This document shows, one piece after another, positions 13,656 to 28,449 of a stretch of 64,000 nt of DNA. The notes under the pieces are model-generated. The model searched no databases. It worked only from the letters and a program-made list of their open reading frames with translations, and was not told the DNA's origin. Position numbers and translations under genes: made by a program. The stretch lies in assembly GCA_038087875.1 (NCBI GenBank), contig CM075978.1:159898001-159962000 (forward strand). Reading direction: 5' to 3'. This DNA is from Malacoraja senta. Taxonomy: Eukaryota. Each line of letters begins with the position of its first letter. The stretch's first letter is position 1.

Positions 13656-14019
13656 CTTTTATGCTGAATGTCCTTTTGCTTCCACAAATGCTGCCTTGTA
13701 CACTGAGTTCCTCCAGCAGTTCGATTTTGGAATAGCTATATGGTCCACCTTTTATTGAATTAAAATGAAAAACATAGCTTTTTGTAATCTTCATCTTATG
13801 TATCAAAGTTATGTCAGAGAATAAACTCTAAAACATGCTAAACTCACAAAATCCACCATTTTATATTTTACTAACTAATGATTCTGATGCCTAAATGTTC
13901 ATTGGGCAATTCTAACAATTGTTTTAATTTTGAGAGAAAAATATTAAAATACTACCCACAAATTGCATACCATTGTAATATTTTTGCTTTAAAAATATCT
14001 GAAAGTGACCCTTTATTGT

Positions 14020-14098
14020 CTGAAGAAGGGTCTCGACCCGAAACGTCGCCTACTCTTTTCCGCCATAGATGCTGAGTTTCTCCAGCATTTTTTGTCTA
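14020..14098 (+). mobile_element. Penelope-derived short element with an intact minimal hammerhead core and 9-bp TSD
   Basis: CTGAAGA-A-GGGT-ctcg-ACCC-GAAAC-GTC (14020-14047); flanked by ctttattgt at 14011 and 14099. Confidence 0.75.
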
Positions 14099-15026
14099 CT
14101 TTATTGTTATCACATATCTGGAATAAAATTGCAATGGCAATTGCACATTTTCTGCCTCTTCTGCAATGGATAGTCCTTAATTCTGCATTAACTTCCCTCA
14201 TGTGCATTGTCAAATAAATACATGCACATTTACTAGTGTTAGCATTACAGTCTTGGATACTGGCCTCCAAAAGTATATATTTTTAATCATGATGGGATAA
14301 TGCATTTTAGAAGTTGTATACAATTATCCAGTGAGTCTACTGAAGGTGATTCAAGTTGTTCAGTAATAAAGTATCTGTAATTGAGGCTCTCAGCTGTTGA
14401 GTAACAAGGATACCATCCTCTAATCCAGAATGAATCCTCTAATGCGGTGTTACCAATTAGTATTTGACAAGATGGAAAACAGAAGCAGGAATGATTTGTA
14501 TTTATAACTCTAAACTCATTAATAAAGTTGCAAACTGGTGCATTCCATTATTCAGGTTCCTGTGTTGCTCGAAAACTGATCATCAAGGCAAAAAGGCTAA
14601 ATAAATACCCAATTTGCTTTCATTCTAAACAAATTCATCACTTATTTGTAACATTTCATACTTCCATTACTTCATAAAAAATGTATTTACCTAAACAGAT
14701 CATGTGTTTCTCATCATTGGAAATAGAGTTTGAAATTAGGTACTATTCTGTTAAATAAATCTCTGGATATTGAATACATTGTTGTTTACAAGTCAGCTGG
14801 TCATCCAGTTTTGTTATGGCCAATGGTGCCTTTATTGTCACATGTGTAAACGCACCGTGAAATACTTTTTTTACATACAGTTCAGTAAAGTATTGCCAAA
14901 CCGTATGCACAATCCCCGATTAGCAAAGTGTCCAGAAATTGTCCACTGAGACCACATGCAAGAGGCGGCAGATGGCTAGATTAAGTTGATCTCAACACAA
15001 ACATGAGCATTTTAATGACTTTACAG

Positions 15027-15102
15027 TGCAAGAAGTGGGTCTCCAGCAGCGTACGATCGAAGCTTTCGATGGAAATATCACCAATTCCGTTTCCTCTGCC
15101 AT
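15027..15102 (+). CDS. WWP2: WWP2 exon 14 equivalent
   Basis: tacag|...|gtgag; ARSGSPAAYDRSFRWKYHQFRFLCH. Confidence 0.97.
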
Positions 15103-15690
15103 GTGAGTATAATTTTATAATGAGACATGATAAACAAATTTAAATTTTAGTTAAATAGAGGTTAAAATGTGACATATAAGTTAATGTAAAGTAGATTATT
15201 GCAAGTATATAGTTAGTAATACAATTTTAAACTTCACACTGCTCTTAGTTTTTCTGCAGACAGGTACTGTAGGTATACCCTTACCAGATCATTGAGCTCA
15301 AACTAAGATTTTCATTGGATGAAACATTCTTATCCCAAGTATAAGACTAGAATAAGCTATTAAAGTATCAAGTTAGGATGCTTAACCAACTGTTTAGTAA
15401 AAGAATAATAGGATTGTGTTAAAGAACAGTGAGTCTACAAACAAAAATGTTGGCAAGGGTAAAAAATGTCAAAATAATGTTACTATGAGAAAATATACAG
15501 GGCTATCAGTTCTAGAATTTGGTGATTGAGAATGGGCTTTTACTTTTAAAATAATCCTAAATTTTATTTCTGTTTCTCTTAATCTATTGGTGTAAATGTG
15601 TACAAAGGTTAAACAGCCTTTGAGGTCTTTCCAATGTCCACTATTTTCTTACAGTGAATTACGGAGTATGAACATAGAACATATATCAAT

Positions 15691-16620
15691 AGACAATAGG
15701 TGCAGGAGTAGGCCATTCAGCCCTTCGAGCCAGCACCGCCATTCATGGCTGATCATCCCCAATCAGTACCCCGTTCCTGCCTTCTCCCCTATCCCCTGAC
15801 TCCGCTGTCTTTAAGAGCCCTATCTAGCTCTCTCTTGAAAGTATCCAGAGTACCGGCCTCCACCGCCCTCTGAGACTGGGAATTTCACAGACTCGCAACT
15901 CTCTGGGTGAAAATGTGTTTCCTCATCCCCGTTCTAAATGGCTTAACCCTTATTCTTAAACTGGCCCTGGTTCTGGACTCCCCCAACATCGGGAACATGT
16001 TTCCTGCCTCTAGCATGTCTAAACCATTTATAATCTTACATGTTTCAATAAGATTCCCTCTCATCCTTCTAAATTCCAGAGTATACAATCCCAGCCGCTC
16101 CATTCTCTCAGCATTTGACAGTCCCGCCATCCCGGGAATTAACCTTGTAAACCTACGCTGCACTCCCTCAATAGCAAGAATGTCCTTCCTCAAATTAGGG
16201 GATCAAAACTGCACACAATACTCCAGGTGTGGTCTCACTAGGGCCCTGTACAACTGCAGAAGGACCTCTTTGCTCCTATACTCAACTCCTCTTGTTATGA
16301 AGGCCAAAATGCCATTCACTTTCTTCACTGCCTGCTGTACCTGCATGCTTAGTTTCATTGACTGATGAATAAGGACTCCCAGATCCCGTTGTACTTCCCC
16401 TTTTCTCAACTTGACACCATATAGATAATAATCTGCCTTCCTGTTTATGCTACCAAAGTGGATAACCGCTCATTTATCCACATTAAACTGCATCTGCCCA
16501 CTCACCCAACCTGTCCAAGTTGCCCTGCATTCTCATAGCATCCTCCTCACAGTTCACACTACCACCTAGCTTTGTGTCATTTGCAAATTTGCTAATGTTA
16601 CTTTGAATCCCTTTATCTAA
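15691..16620 (-). mobile_element. CR1-clade LINE, 5'-truncated (RT C-terminus plus 3' tail)
   Basis: LYRALVRPHLEYCVQF and RLGLYTLEFRRMRG motifs; near-identical to the copies at 32.8 and 60.8 kb. Confidence 0.93.
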
Positions 16621-16734
16621 AGGGACCACACGCCCCTCATAATTTTATGAACTTTAATCAGATTGCCCCTTAGCCTCTGATGATACCAACCCCTTCTAAT
16701 ACATTATTTGCATTAGGAGCTATAGTCACATCTT

Positions 16735-17080
16735 ATAGTCATACAGCACAGAAACAGACCCTTCAGCCCAACTCATCCATGCCGACCAAGATACCCATCT
16801 AAGCTAGTCCCGCAAACCTCTAAATCTTTCCTATCCATGTACCTGTCCGAGTTTCTTTAAATGCTGTTATAGTACCTTCCTCAACTATCTCCTCAGGCAA
16901 CTTGTTCCATATACCCACCACCCTCTGAGTGAAAGAGTTGTCCCTTGGGTTCGTATTAAATCTTGCCCCTCTCCCCTTAAACCTCTGTCCTCTGGTTTTT
17001 GAATTCTCTACCCCTGGTACAAAAAGATGTGCATTCAACCTATCTATTCCCCTCATGATTTTATACACAACTATAAGATA
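16735..17080 (-). mobile_element. CR1 LINE 3' fragment (second family)
   Basis: YKIMRGIDRL...FTQRVVGIWNKLPEE. Confidence 0.85.
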
Positions 17081-18203
17081 AAATTATTTAACTTGGATGC
17101 TAAGGGAATTTGAGGTTTTAATACGCAGTACCATTTTACTTTGTAAATAAATGTTTGTTTTTAAGTAATGGGATGAGCTTGCTTCATCAAATAGTTTAGC
17201 TAATTTCCAGCTGCGACACATGAACTTAAAAGATTACCTTTGGGACTGAAACCACAAATAAATATATTAGTGTAACTTGAAAATATAAATCATATTAGGT
17301 TTACATGGCGTTTTAAACATATCCAAAATGTTTAAATAAAGTTTCCATGCAATAGTTACGCTTTCCATCTCTTTATGAGGAGAATGAAACATTTGTAAAA
17401 TGGCTGAACAAAAGTTTTTACCATGTTAAAGCTGGCAATCGAGCACCTATTTTTTTAAAGTGCATTTCTCCTAAAGAAAACCTTTCGAGTTACGTTGTAC
17501 CATGTCAATTCAACCCGGAGATAGAAATATTCAGCTGTCAAAGATTTCAGCATTATCTGGTGTGGGAGTGTTATATTGATCCTCTGGAACAATTAAGGAT
17601 CACTCATGCAAATATACAAATCGCAGGCTTCCTGGCAATCCATACTGCTGTCAATTTTACTGCACTTTAATGTTGGATACTTTCTGGAGCCACTGGCAGA
17701 CCGTCAACTTTCCATAACTGTTTTGGGAAATTTGCAGGCTGAATCTGTACTATGTTAGACCTGTTGCAAATTCAGCAAGTCCAGTTATTTCGATGAAGAA
17801 GAATGATGTAAAGAAATAGGACGGTTCAAGACACACATTTTTTAAAATTGTTTGAATAATTTATTTATATGCACATGTCTTTGTTTCGAGTGAATGGCTC
17901 TTCTTCAGTTTTGCTGAGTGATCATTGATCTGGAACGTTAACTTTGTTTCATCCTCCAGAGATACTGCCTGGTCTGCAATTTTAGTTTTCATTTCAGATA
18001 TCCGACATCTGCAGTCTTCAATAATTATTTCTGTATTTCCTAAAATTTCCTTTAGTTTTTTTAAACTTAAAAACATTTTTAATAGTATGATTACATTTGA
18101 TATGTGCTTGTTTTGAATAGTATGTTGTGCTTTATCAGCATGGAATTTTTTCTGATTTAACTAATATTTTCTAATATTTCATTACTATTATTTGTTATTT
18201 CAG

Positions 18204-18275
18204 TCTAATGCATTACCAAGTCATGTCAAAATCAGTGTCTCCAGACAGACGTTATTTGAGGATTCCTTTCAACAG
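18204..18275 (+). CDS. WWP2: WWP2 exon 15 equivalent, HECT N-terminus
   Basis: ttcag|...|gtaac; [24 protein letters not shown]. Confidence 0.98.
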
Positions 18276-19523
18276 GTAACAAAATATTTTCGGTGTCACA
18301 TGTTTATAATAAAGGCGGCACACAAAATCAAATATGAACTCAATCTATGCTTTTTCTTTACATGCACGTTGAAATTAGAAGTTTTTTGTGTTAAGCATTT
18401 GAAGGTACAAAGGTACACTTTTGAGTAGAATAGGAAATGAGTTTTAACCAGCCTCATCTTACTTCATCTCCCCCTTAATCTGGTGAGCACTACTATTATG
18501 AGATTGCAACAACTTTAAATGGCTGGGTTACATCAGGAGACATTGAGTAACTGATATTGAAAATATTGTCTTGCTCACCCTTGGAACTAAGCAGATTGCA
18601 CATGTACTCAAGGAGTCAATCAAGCACTGATAGGAATTGCATTTGCATTTTAAGGTAAAATGTCCCAAACTTGTTCCTCTAACAGTTTAATTTGAGAGAA
18701 ATTTCTTGTACTGTTTTCTTTTCCTCACATCTGGTTCAAGTTGTCTTATCGGAAATCTCTTTCCGCTTCAGGCCATGGCTTAACTCAACTAGTGAAAATT
18801 GCCTGAAAAATTTAGTAACTCTTGCCAAACTAATTAATTTTCCGTTTATAATCCACATTTTAAGTTGTACGTTTATGCCATAGCAGTTCTTAACCTTTCA
18901 TGCCTCTTATCACATTTTTTGCTATCAGCATTTTACTCCAACAATGTTCCAGATTCCAACATTTGGAGTCTCTTGTGTCTCAAATATTTTTCGATTCCTT
19001 TATTGAACATTTTATTAGCTGCTGCTTCTGCTTTTCTCGAGCAGAAGTGCTATTTTCCCTCAATTTTATTATGTGAAAGGTACAAGTTGATTCCCTGCAC
19101 TGTCTGTTTATAACTTTGACTACCTCTTGAAGCTCAATCTGTGCATATTTTCTTAACTGAGCTGTTTTGATAACAGTATAACAATACTAAACACAGCCAT
19201 AAAATGGGAGACATTCCACCACTAACTTTGGCCTTCATTCCCTTGTTGTATTTAGCCCATCTTTCTCTGTAATGCATATATTGTTTAATTGGAAAGAGTG
19301 TTCATTAGCTGCATAATTCAGCATGACGTTTTCTTAATGTGAGGCATTTCACCATTATTGTGTGGATCAGTGGAATCAAAATAATATAATTCATTATTAT
19401 AATTCCTTATACCACAATCTTGTAAATGTATGGACATTTTGTAATGTATGGACATACATAAATGCATCGTTAGGTCTTGATTCGAAAATTGAATTCTTTG
19501 ACGTAGATTAAACAAAAATTTGA

Positions 19524-19736
<213 letters not shown>

Positions 19737-21664
19737 TGAGTAACTCAGACAGTTATTTTGGTAACATTTTGTGCCTCACTGAGTTCAGTGGCATCACTTC
19801 CCCTTTTGAGTCCCAACAGGCTAGAGCATTTTTGTTTTTAGAAATGAGAAAGAACAACAACGTTGTGGACATTCAGAAGCATCATAAAAATGACAGATGA
19901 TTGTGTTATCAATTAAAAAACATCTTTTTTTTTCATGAGAGGGCTCCCGACCCATCAATGCAATCTAATTAGTTTGCATTAAGCTCTGGTGTCACATAGG
20001 GTCTCACTGTTTAAGTGAAGGAGACTTTAATTCAGCAAGTTCTTCTTTCTGGATATGCCTTTGGCAGTGCAGACATTTCACTAGTTAGTGTCCAGTGGAG
20101 GTAGCACATAATCCTCAATAAAATCCACACTGTTAGGTCAATTCAGAAGTCTTCTGGTGCATGAAACTAAGGTTAAATGCTCTTGTACATTAGCAAACAA
20201 ATGATATCCAGTTAAACATTGTGATCATCCATTAGCAAATGGTATTGAACATTAAAACAAATTAAAGCAATATTCTGGTCAACTAAAAATGCCACAGTTG
20301 CAAACTAGTGTTTCATATTGTAGTTCGATTTTTGAATTTTTTTCAGTGTGTTTGCAACTGTTGATGTTCCTCAGATCTAAAAAGACTGGCCAAAATAGTG
20401 CAGGTCGCAAATCCCTACTTAAAGAAGATTAGCTTAAAGGAAGTGTGCCATTTTCTTCTAAGTTCCGCTGGAAGTGTCCTTAATATTGAAAATAGATGTA
20501 TTTTAAACATTATATTGTTCGTCTGTAAATTCCTCTCTTTACCAGCAAGGGTAACCCAAGTAGGTATAGCTTGAACAAAGATGGCAGGCAAATGAGTTCA
20601 TGCACTTTACCATCTGAACTAATTTTAGATTATGAATTGCATGCCAATGGACAAATAATTTAATTTCTACTTTATTGTAAATGAAATTAGAAAAAAAAAT
20701 TGAGATGTGTAATGTTTACATATTGTGTTTAATTCATATAAATATTTTAAGATTTCTGAAAATAAAGCCACAGTCCTTATTTTAAAGAATATATCATTTA
20801 TATATGATTATTTTGTGAGTATATTGGCTCCTTGATTCTAATTAAATACTGTTTGTTATTCCATTATGAATGTTGCATCCTTTTGCTTCACCTGAATTTA
20901 TTTTCTATTTGTTTTCCCCTGTGCATTCAGTGTTGGGCAGTTTTCTATTAAATTTTCTTATCAATGCATAACTCTACAGGACTAATCATTGAATGAGTAA
21001 AAGCAGTTGTTTGGAATTATTTTTCTCTCTGAAAGCCTGATGAACACCAGGTCCAAATATGATGCAAGACAATTTGGAACATTTGGGCCTGATAAGATAT
21101 TTCAATTTGATGAAAGAACGCTTAATTTTCAAGGATTTTTTGAAAAACATGCAAAATACTAATTGATGGAAAAAAGTTTCCAAATTTCAATATATATTAA
21201 TTGATTTGACCTCATTTTTTATTTTTGAATACTATATATACAGTAAAACATTATATTAGTTTTGACCTCCAAATTTCAATCTGGTGATTGATTTGACCTC
21301 ATTTTAATTTGCGAACACTATATATATATATATATAAACATTTTATTAGTTTTAAAATGCAACAGTACACACTGAATATATGGTGGTTTGTTGCATGAAA
21401 CACTAATTAAATCTTAATTAGAAGCTGCAGTTAATAATTAAAAATAAATATTTTTGACTGAAATGAAGTAGCCATCAAAAGCGAATTGTTGTGGTGAATT
21501 CAATATTGTATGTTTTCTATAACAGTGCAGCTTCTAATGTGAACTGTTGGGCACATTTCTGGGATTGCTTTTTTATTTAATTTGATTTTCAAAGGTGCTA
21601 ATTTTCTTGGTGGATCAGGTGCCTGTACTATTTTGAGCCTCCGTCATCTCTTCTTGCAGCCTCT

Positions 21665-21750
21665 TTTCTCTGTGACCTACCAGTGGTTTTACCCTATGGT
21701 AGGTTACGTAATGCTGTTCTACCACAGGGTAGAACCACGGACAGGCTGCT
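21665..21750 (+). ncRNA. MIR140: miR-140 precursor hairpin (5p 21681-21702; 3p about 21720-21740)
   Basis: CAGTGGTTTTACCCTATGGTAG and TACCACAGGGTAGAACCACGG match the known mature miR-140-5p and -3p; the arms are complementary; location in WWP2 intron 16 as in other vertebrates. Confidence 0.97.
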
Positions 21751-22139
21751 GAGAATCTTCCTTCATCCGTGGAACTCACTTGTATTTTTGCTGTTGTTTC
21801 ATTGTTCCTTTGAAGTAACTGTACTCCACATATTAGTTGTGACTGTTTTATTGACAGTAATGTGAAGTATTGATTCTTACAGGAAATCATTAGGATGGAA
21901 CATTTAATATTTAACAATAATATCAGATTAAAGAGTAAAAACAATTATTGTTACAAACAAACCAGTTTCTATTCTTTTGCTAATCCCCTGGAAAATGGAA
22001 AGTAATCATGTTCTCCCCTTGTAGCTTTGCATTTTTTGCCTTAATCAGATTATTTGCCTATCACAGCCTGTAAGGTGACTTCTATATCTCAGTTTGTGCC
22101 ACGATATTGACATTCTTACAGCGTCTACAGAGCAGTCTA

Positions 22140-22460
22140 ATCTTGCTCTCCCTCTCACTCCATCCCTGCCCCCTTCCCAGTTCTCCGACCAGTCTGACTA
22201 TCCCTGATTACATTTTATCTGTTTGCTTTGTTGTTATCTTCTCCTTGCTAACAATGATCTATTCTACATTTTCATTGATCTCCACCCCTTTGTCGTCTCG
22301 TTCTCACATCTTACACTGTCTTATCTCTGTATCTCCACCTCCCCCTCCCCTGACAGTCTGAAGAAGGGTCTCGACCCAAAACATTACCCATTCCTCTTCT
22401 CCAGTGATACTACCTGTCCTGCTGAGTTACTCCAGCATTTTGTGTCTATCTTCAGTCTAA
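22140..22460 (+). mobile_element. Penelope-like 3' terminal fragment with an inactivated hammerhead core (G12 to A)
   Basis: Similar to 45180-45480; CTGAAGA agggtctcgaccc aaaac at 22358. Confidence 0.7.
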
Positions 22461-23501
22461 TCTCTGTTCTTTCTTTTCCTTGGAGAAAGGGGCACATTCC
22501 ATCCAATAATTTATTTGAGATTGGGAATGTGACCATTTTTGGCAATTGTTAGAGATTCCCGCACAAATAAACTGATATTTAGGCATAGCAATTAAGTTAA
22601 TCATCTACTTTAAACATGCATCGATTTTAATAAAATATATGCAATGGTAATTAATTCACAAGCAAGTAGAAGATTCTGAGTTCTAAAGTGACTACCAGGG
22701 CAGACTGTTCCCATGAGAATCTGTTTGTTGGTTCTACACAGGATTATTTAAAACACCCGATCCCTTTGAGTGTGGAGCCATAGCACAAACTCATCGTATC
22801 TTATTTATTAAATCATATTTAACTGAAGGATGCCCCAAATTTTCATATTGGGATTTGGTACAATATAAAGAGAAGGTGGTTAATGAAGAATTAGTGTACA
22901 TGGGTGATTGATGGTACAGGCTTGGTGGGTTGAAGGAATGATTGCATGCTGCATCTCTCCCTGACTCCATGAGTTGAATATGAGTATTCTTCTATGCTAA
23001 AGACAGATCTGGACTTAATGCCGATGAGAAATTTTGCCGAGCATTTAAATATTTGCGCCTGATTTGGTGATCTTTGGAGCTTGCTATTCACTGGCAGGTG
23101 TGAAATTGGTTTTACTTATGGGAGCAGGGAAAGATGTTATGAGCTTTTATTTTTAATTATTACTGAAAATAGTTTATGTGACTAATTTAGTTCTATTGGT
23201 AAAATTAACATTGTTATCAAAATGTCTTTACTATATTGTGTAATTACACCTGAGTTGCAGCAATTACTGGAGAAATATATTAGAATTGCTGCCATATCAA
23301 CAAGTCATTAGTTCTGAGTAAAGAGTCAGACAAGGTGAAATGAAGCTTTGCCTCCAACTGTATGTATAAAAAATAATAGAGAGCTGTTATTTCTTGCATG
23401 CAGAATGAATAATTGGGGTGGTAAAAAATCTATTAATGCAAATTATGAATTGTAAATTTTAAATATTAAAGTGTGTTCTATTTTAACACGTTTTTGGTTG
23501 A

Positions 23502-23717
<216 letters not shown>

Positions 23718-23869
23718 TAAGTAGCTAATATCTGGTGCTCATACATGTCTATACTTTAAACACTGTATGGAATTTCTTTTTTTAAAGTACAACTTGCACA
23801 TTTTGATAGCTTTGTAACAGAAAGGTTGCTTTACTATAAAATGGACCTTTTAGACACTCCAGGAATGAA

Positions 23870-24225
23870 GAACCTATGTAGTGCCTTTTATGACTTAAGA
23901 AACACCCCATGGTATTTTGCAACCAATCAGACTTTGCAGCACTGTTGTAATGTTTGGAAATGATTTTTTGCTCTGCAAAGTGCTGTGGTAATATTGGTTT
24001 TGTTAGTAATTAAATGAATGACTTAATATAGGACCCTGGGATTATCCTTTGGCTCTTCTTCAGATAAAGCCATGAATTATTTTGGTTCACAAAGTGAATT
24101 CGCAAAATTACATTCACTTTATTGCATTGAAGACCCAGAATAGATTATTTATCAAGATCTTGAACGAGGTTTGAACCCACACCCTTTGACGTAAGGTGAG
24201 ATAATACTATTGAGCCATCACTAAC
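23870..24225 (-). mobile_element. Deu-domain SINE with tRNA-like head
   Basis: Reverse complement of the DeuSINE tail and core; B-box-like ggtttgaaccc near 24170. Confidence 0.55.
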
Positions 24226-25140
24226 GCAAAAGTAACGTGCAGCATGCTCACTATAATTGCACTGAAAGAGGACTGGATATTTATTTTGCCAACCCTCATC
24301 GATCTGTGACTATGATGTGACTTTGACATGTGACTGAGATGCTGCCTGACCTGCTGAGTTACTTCAGCATTTCAGTGTAAGCCAGCATCTGCATTTCCTT
24401 CCAACATATACATGTGACTATTTATTATTATGGTTGATCTCACTTACTCATGTACTCATTTAATCTCCCATACCATATATTTAGAAATATAAATTAAAGT
24501 ATATGTCATGTGTATGTTATTAATGTAGCATCTATGATCATTGTGATCGTATAAGACTCCTCTTGGCAATACATATACAAAGATAATTTTTATGGAGATC
24601 CCAATTCCTTATCTATTCAGACAACGACCTACAATTACTTTTATTACTGACTCTACAGTTACCTCTGGTGTATTTTTATAACCTCTCTTTGGTCTCCTCC
24701 ATTTTCACGTATAAATACTCCGATTCAACTATTTCATCGGTAATCACTAGCTGACATTCAACTCTATCTAATTATTGCCATTTCGATCACACCACTCTAC
24801 ATTGTCAAGAGTATTCCGTGCTCTTTAATTTTTGTTGTTTCTTACAAGGATCCTCATCAAATTCCTTTTGCAATTCCACATCTTCAGAGTATTAAACTGA
24901 AGTTGTTGGATATGATATTCCATCACAAGTTTCTGATGATCTGTTTACCTTGGATAATAAGGGTTAAGATATTGTGCTTTGATTGTTGCATGAGGGAATT
25001 TCAGGGATTATTAAAACACTTGGGATCTTCTTTGCAGTTGTTCTTTATCGGTCCTGTGGACGCCATTTTAGGTCTTTTCAGAACTTTCTATGAGCAGTAT
25101 TATGAAACATTTTGAAAGTTTTTGTTTTGTTTTGTCTTAG

Positions 25141-25275
<135 letters not shown>

Positions 25276-25518
25276 TAATTATTTGTTCATTCAAAACTAT
25301 TATTTGAACACACAGTCTCGTTGTTTGTAAAATTATTTATAAATTGATTAATATAGCATTAAAATTACTGAAATTGTTATAATTTTGTATTTCTATCAGT
25401 ATTTTGCTGTTACGGTGAAAAAGTATTTGGAGATAATTTTACGAAGCATAGAGTGATGCATAAATTTGTAATTGTTTCAGGAAGCAAGAAATCATCACAG
25501 TATTGAGGAATACATTAG

Positions 25519-25770
<252 letters not shown>

Positions 25771-26074
25771 TAGCGCACTGAGGGAAAATTAAAATATATA
25801 TATATATATAACAAAGTCACAAAATCAGACTTTTATCAGTATTGATCAGTTTCTCCATGCCATGTACAGCTTTATTACCTGTTAACTTTTCTGTTAACCA
25901 TCAGTTATTAATTAAATGTTTTGTATTACAGTTGAACGAAAAATATATTAATTATAATAATAATACGAGATGCTAGGAAGTGCAAATGTAAAATTAGGTC
26001 ACCCGCAAATTGCCAAATTATAATGTAAATAGTAAATTAGCAGGGTTTTCATGGATGATGCTGGCCTCACACGC

Positions 26075-27098
26075 TCATCACAGATCAGTTCACAAGCCTA
26101 GGGCCTCAAAATCTAGGAGGCCTCCGGCCAAGGTGTATAATATTTTTGACTCTGTCATAGGCCTTTCTTACATATGCTGTCACAACGCACTGTAGTCTCT
26201 AAACAACCCTTCAGTAATTTTCCTTGCCCTCCATTTCAGAATAATACTGTTTTAAGCCAATAACTCAACACTAGCACTGGCAATAAATACATTTTTTAAA
26301 AGCGCAGCTTTCCAGCCCCTTATCTCATTGGCCACACTCGGCTGCACGTCGGTGTCAATCTGGTGGCACCGGGGTCCGGCAATCTTTCACACATGCTCCA
26401 GTAAGCAGCGATGGCGGGTGCAGGGAACTTCTTTGGATACTTGCAGGCTTCTAAAGTCAAAATTCAGGGGTAAGTTGGAAAGTGCAAAGATATTTGAACT
26501 AGGAAGTTGGCAAGGAGCAATGCTTGGGGTAGAGCTGATAATCGTTGCTAGAAACCTACTGTGTAGTGCTGTGGCTGCCACAGTCAGGTTAGTAATAAAA
26601 CTAAGCTTATTTGTAGCATCTTTGTTAACGATAGGAAAAAGCAAACTCGTTTTGTAAACTGTTTTTGGAAGCAGATTTGATTCAGATTTGATTCAGATTT
26701 TGCAATATAATTGTCAATAAGGAACAATTCTTCAAGAAATATTTCCCAAATATTATACAGAATTATTTTTTTCTTCACTCAACTGGATCCCATTTTGTGA
26801 AATTCCTGCTTATTCCACAAAATGTTTACAAAGTTCGGTTATAGCAAAGGTTTTTCACAGTGTTAATTTTAACATTTATGCATTTTGTTTCAATCATTGC
26901 GGTATTTAACAAAAATATTATATGTCCTTTAGAGAAGGAATTGCGACTTGCAGAATTTTAAACGCCCGTCATCATCCTTGGCTTTATGCAAATTATTTAA
27001 AACACTCTTCCATCTTCCTATAGTCGTGAAGGTGGGGGATTGGGAGGGGCCTCACAAGTGGAATAGCTTAGGGCCTCTCTTCATCTAAATCCGGCCCT
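26075..27098. mobile_element. hAT-like (Tip100-type) non-autonomous DNA transposon remnant
   Basis: Right end ATCTAAATCCGGCCCTG (CAGGGCCGG-type TIR); TAGGGCCTC subterminal motifs at both ends; left TIR and TSD not resolved. Confidence 0.45.
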
Positions 27099-27478
27099 GC
27101 TCACAGGCTGCCATGTCCATCCTGGTGGTTGTTTCTTCTGTTATGCTGTCCCGACATCTACCCGCCACCTACGTGTCCTGCATTCTCATAAACATGGTTA
27201 CTCTACATACCTCTGACAGATTAGAATACAACATCGCGATCATATGATTTATAATGTCTTTGCAGTTCAATCTTGTCCTGTATTCCCACCTAAAATGCAT
27301 ATTTTGCTTAGTGAAGCATTAATAAAAAATTACGATAAATGGGAAAATTTGTTGAATTGAATCCCAAAAATAGAAAGTTTTTTTTTCAATCCATTGCCGC
27401 CAGGATCCATCAGTTGTCAGAGTTTAAAAGATACAAATGCCATTTGGTTCAGTCACTATCAGATGTTCACAAAAATAA

Positions 27479-27658
<180 letters not shown>

Positions 27659-27831
27659 TAATGTAAGATTAATGCAATGGAAACCAAGTGATCGCATCTC
27701 GAAAGCAAATATTTGTTTTAATAGCTTCCATAGCAAACAGGCTTTAAAGGCAGCACTCAAAAGCACCTAATAAGACTAATGCATTTATTTCTTACGAATG
27801 CATTTTCAGGAACTAATTTGACAGCTTTACA

Positions 27832-28262
27832 ATAGGAATAGGAGGAGTAGAATTAGGCCATTCAGCCCATCAAGTCTACTCCGTCATTCAATCATGGCTG
27901 ATCTATCTCTCCCTCCTAACCCCATTCTCCTGCCTTCTCCCCAAAACCTCTGATACCTGTACTGATCAAGAATATGTCGATCTCTGCCTTAAAAATATCC
28001 ACTGACTTGGCCTCCACAGCCTTCTGTGGCAAAGAATTCCACAAATTCACCACCCTCTGACTGAAGAAATGTCTCCTAATTTCCTACCTATACAAAAGTA
28101 ATTTAATTCCGCTAGTCCTAGATGCTCCCACTAGTGGAAACATCTTCTCCACATCCACTCTATCCAAGCCTTTCACTATTCTGTATGTTTCAATGAAATC
28201 CCCCCTCATTCTTCTAAATTCCAGCAAATACCGGCCCAGTGCCGACAAAGGCTCATCATAGT
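27832..28262 (-). mobile_element. CR1 LINE 3' fragment
   Basis: ggccattcagccc...aatcatggctgatcta tail; RT C-terminal similarity. Confidence 0.8.
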
Positions 28263-28449
28263 TAGATTACAAGATCTGAAACTTAATTGATTTCATTGGT
28301 GATTTCAGATCTATCGATTGGAATGCAAATGAAATTTAAGTTTTTTATTATTTTTGCTTTAATTTTTATTATTAATCGTGTCTTGCATATAATGGAAAAT
28401 TTTGATTGAAACTAAAAAAAAATACTGCAGATTCTAGAAAGGCCGCAAC

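Noticed and set aside
21180-21355. Roughly 90-bp tandem duplication upstream of miR-140
   Set aside because: AT-rich with (TA)n, diverged and outside the hairpin; nothing suggests function
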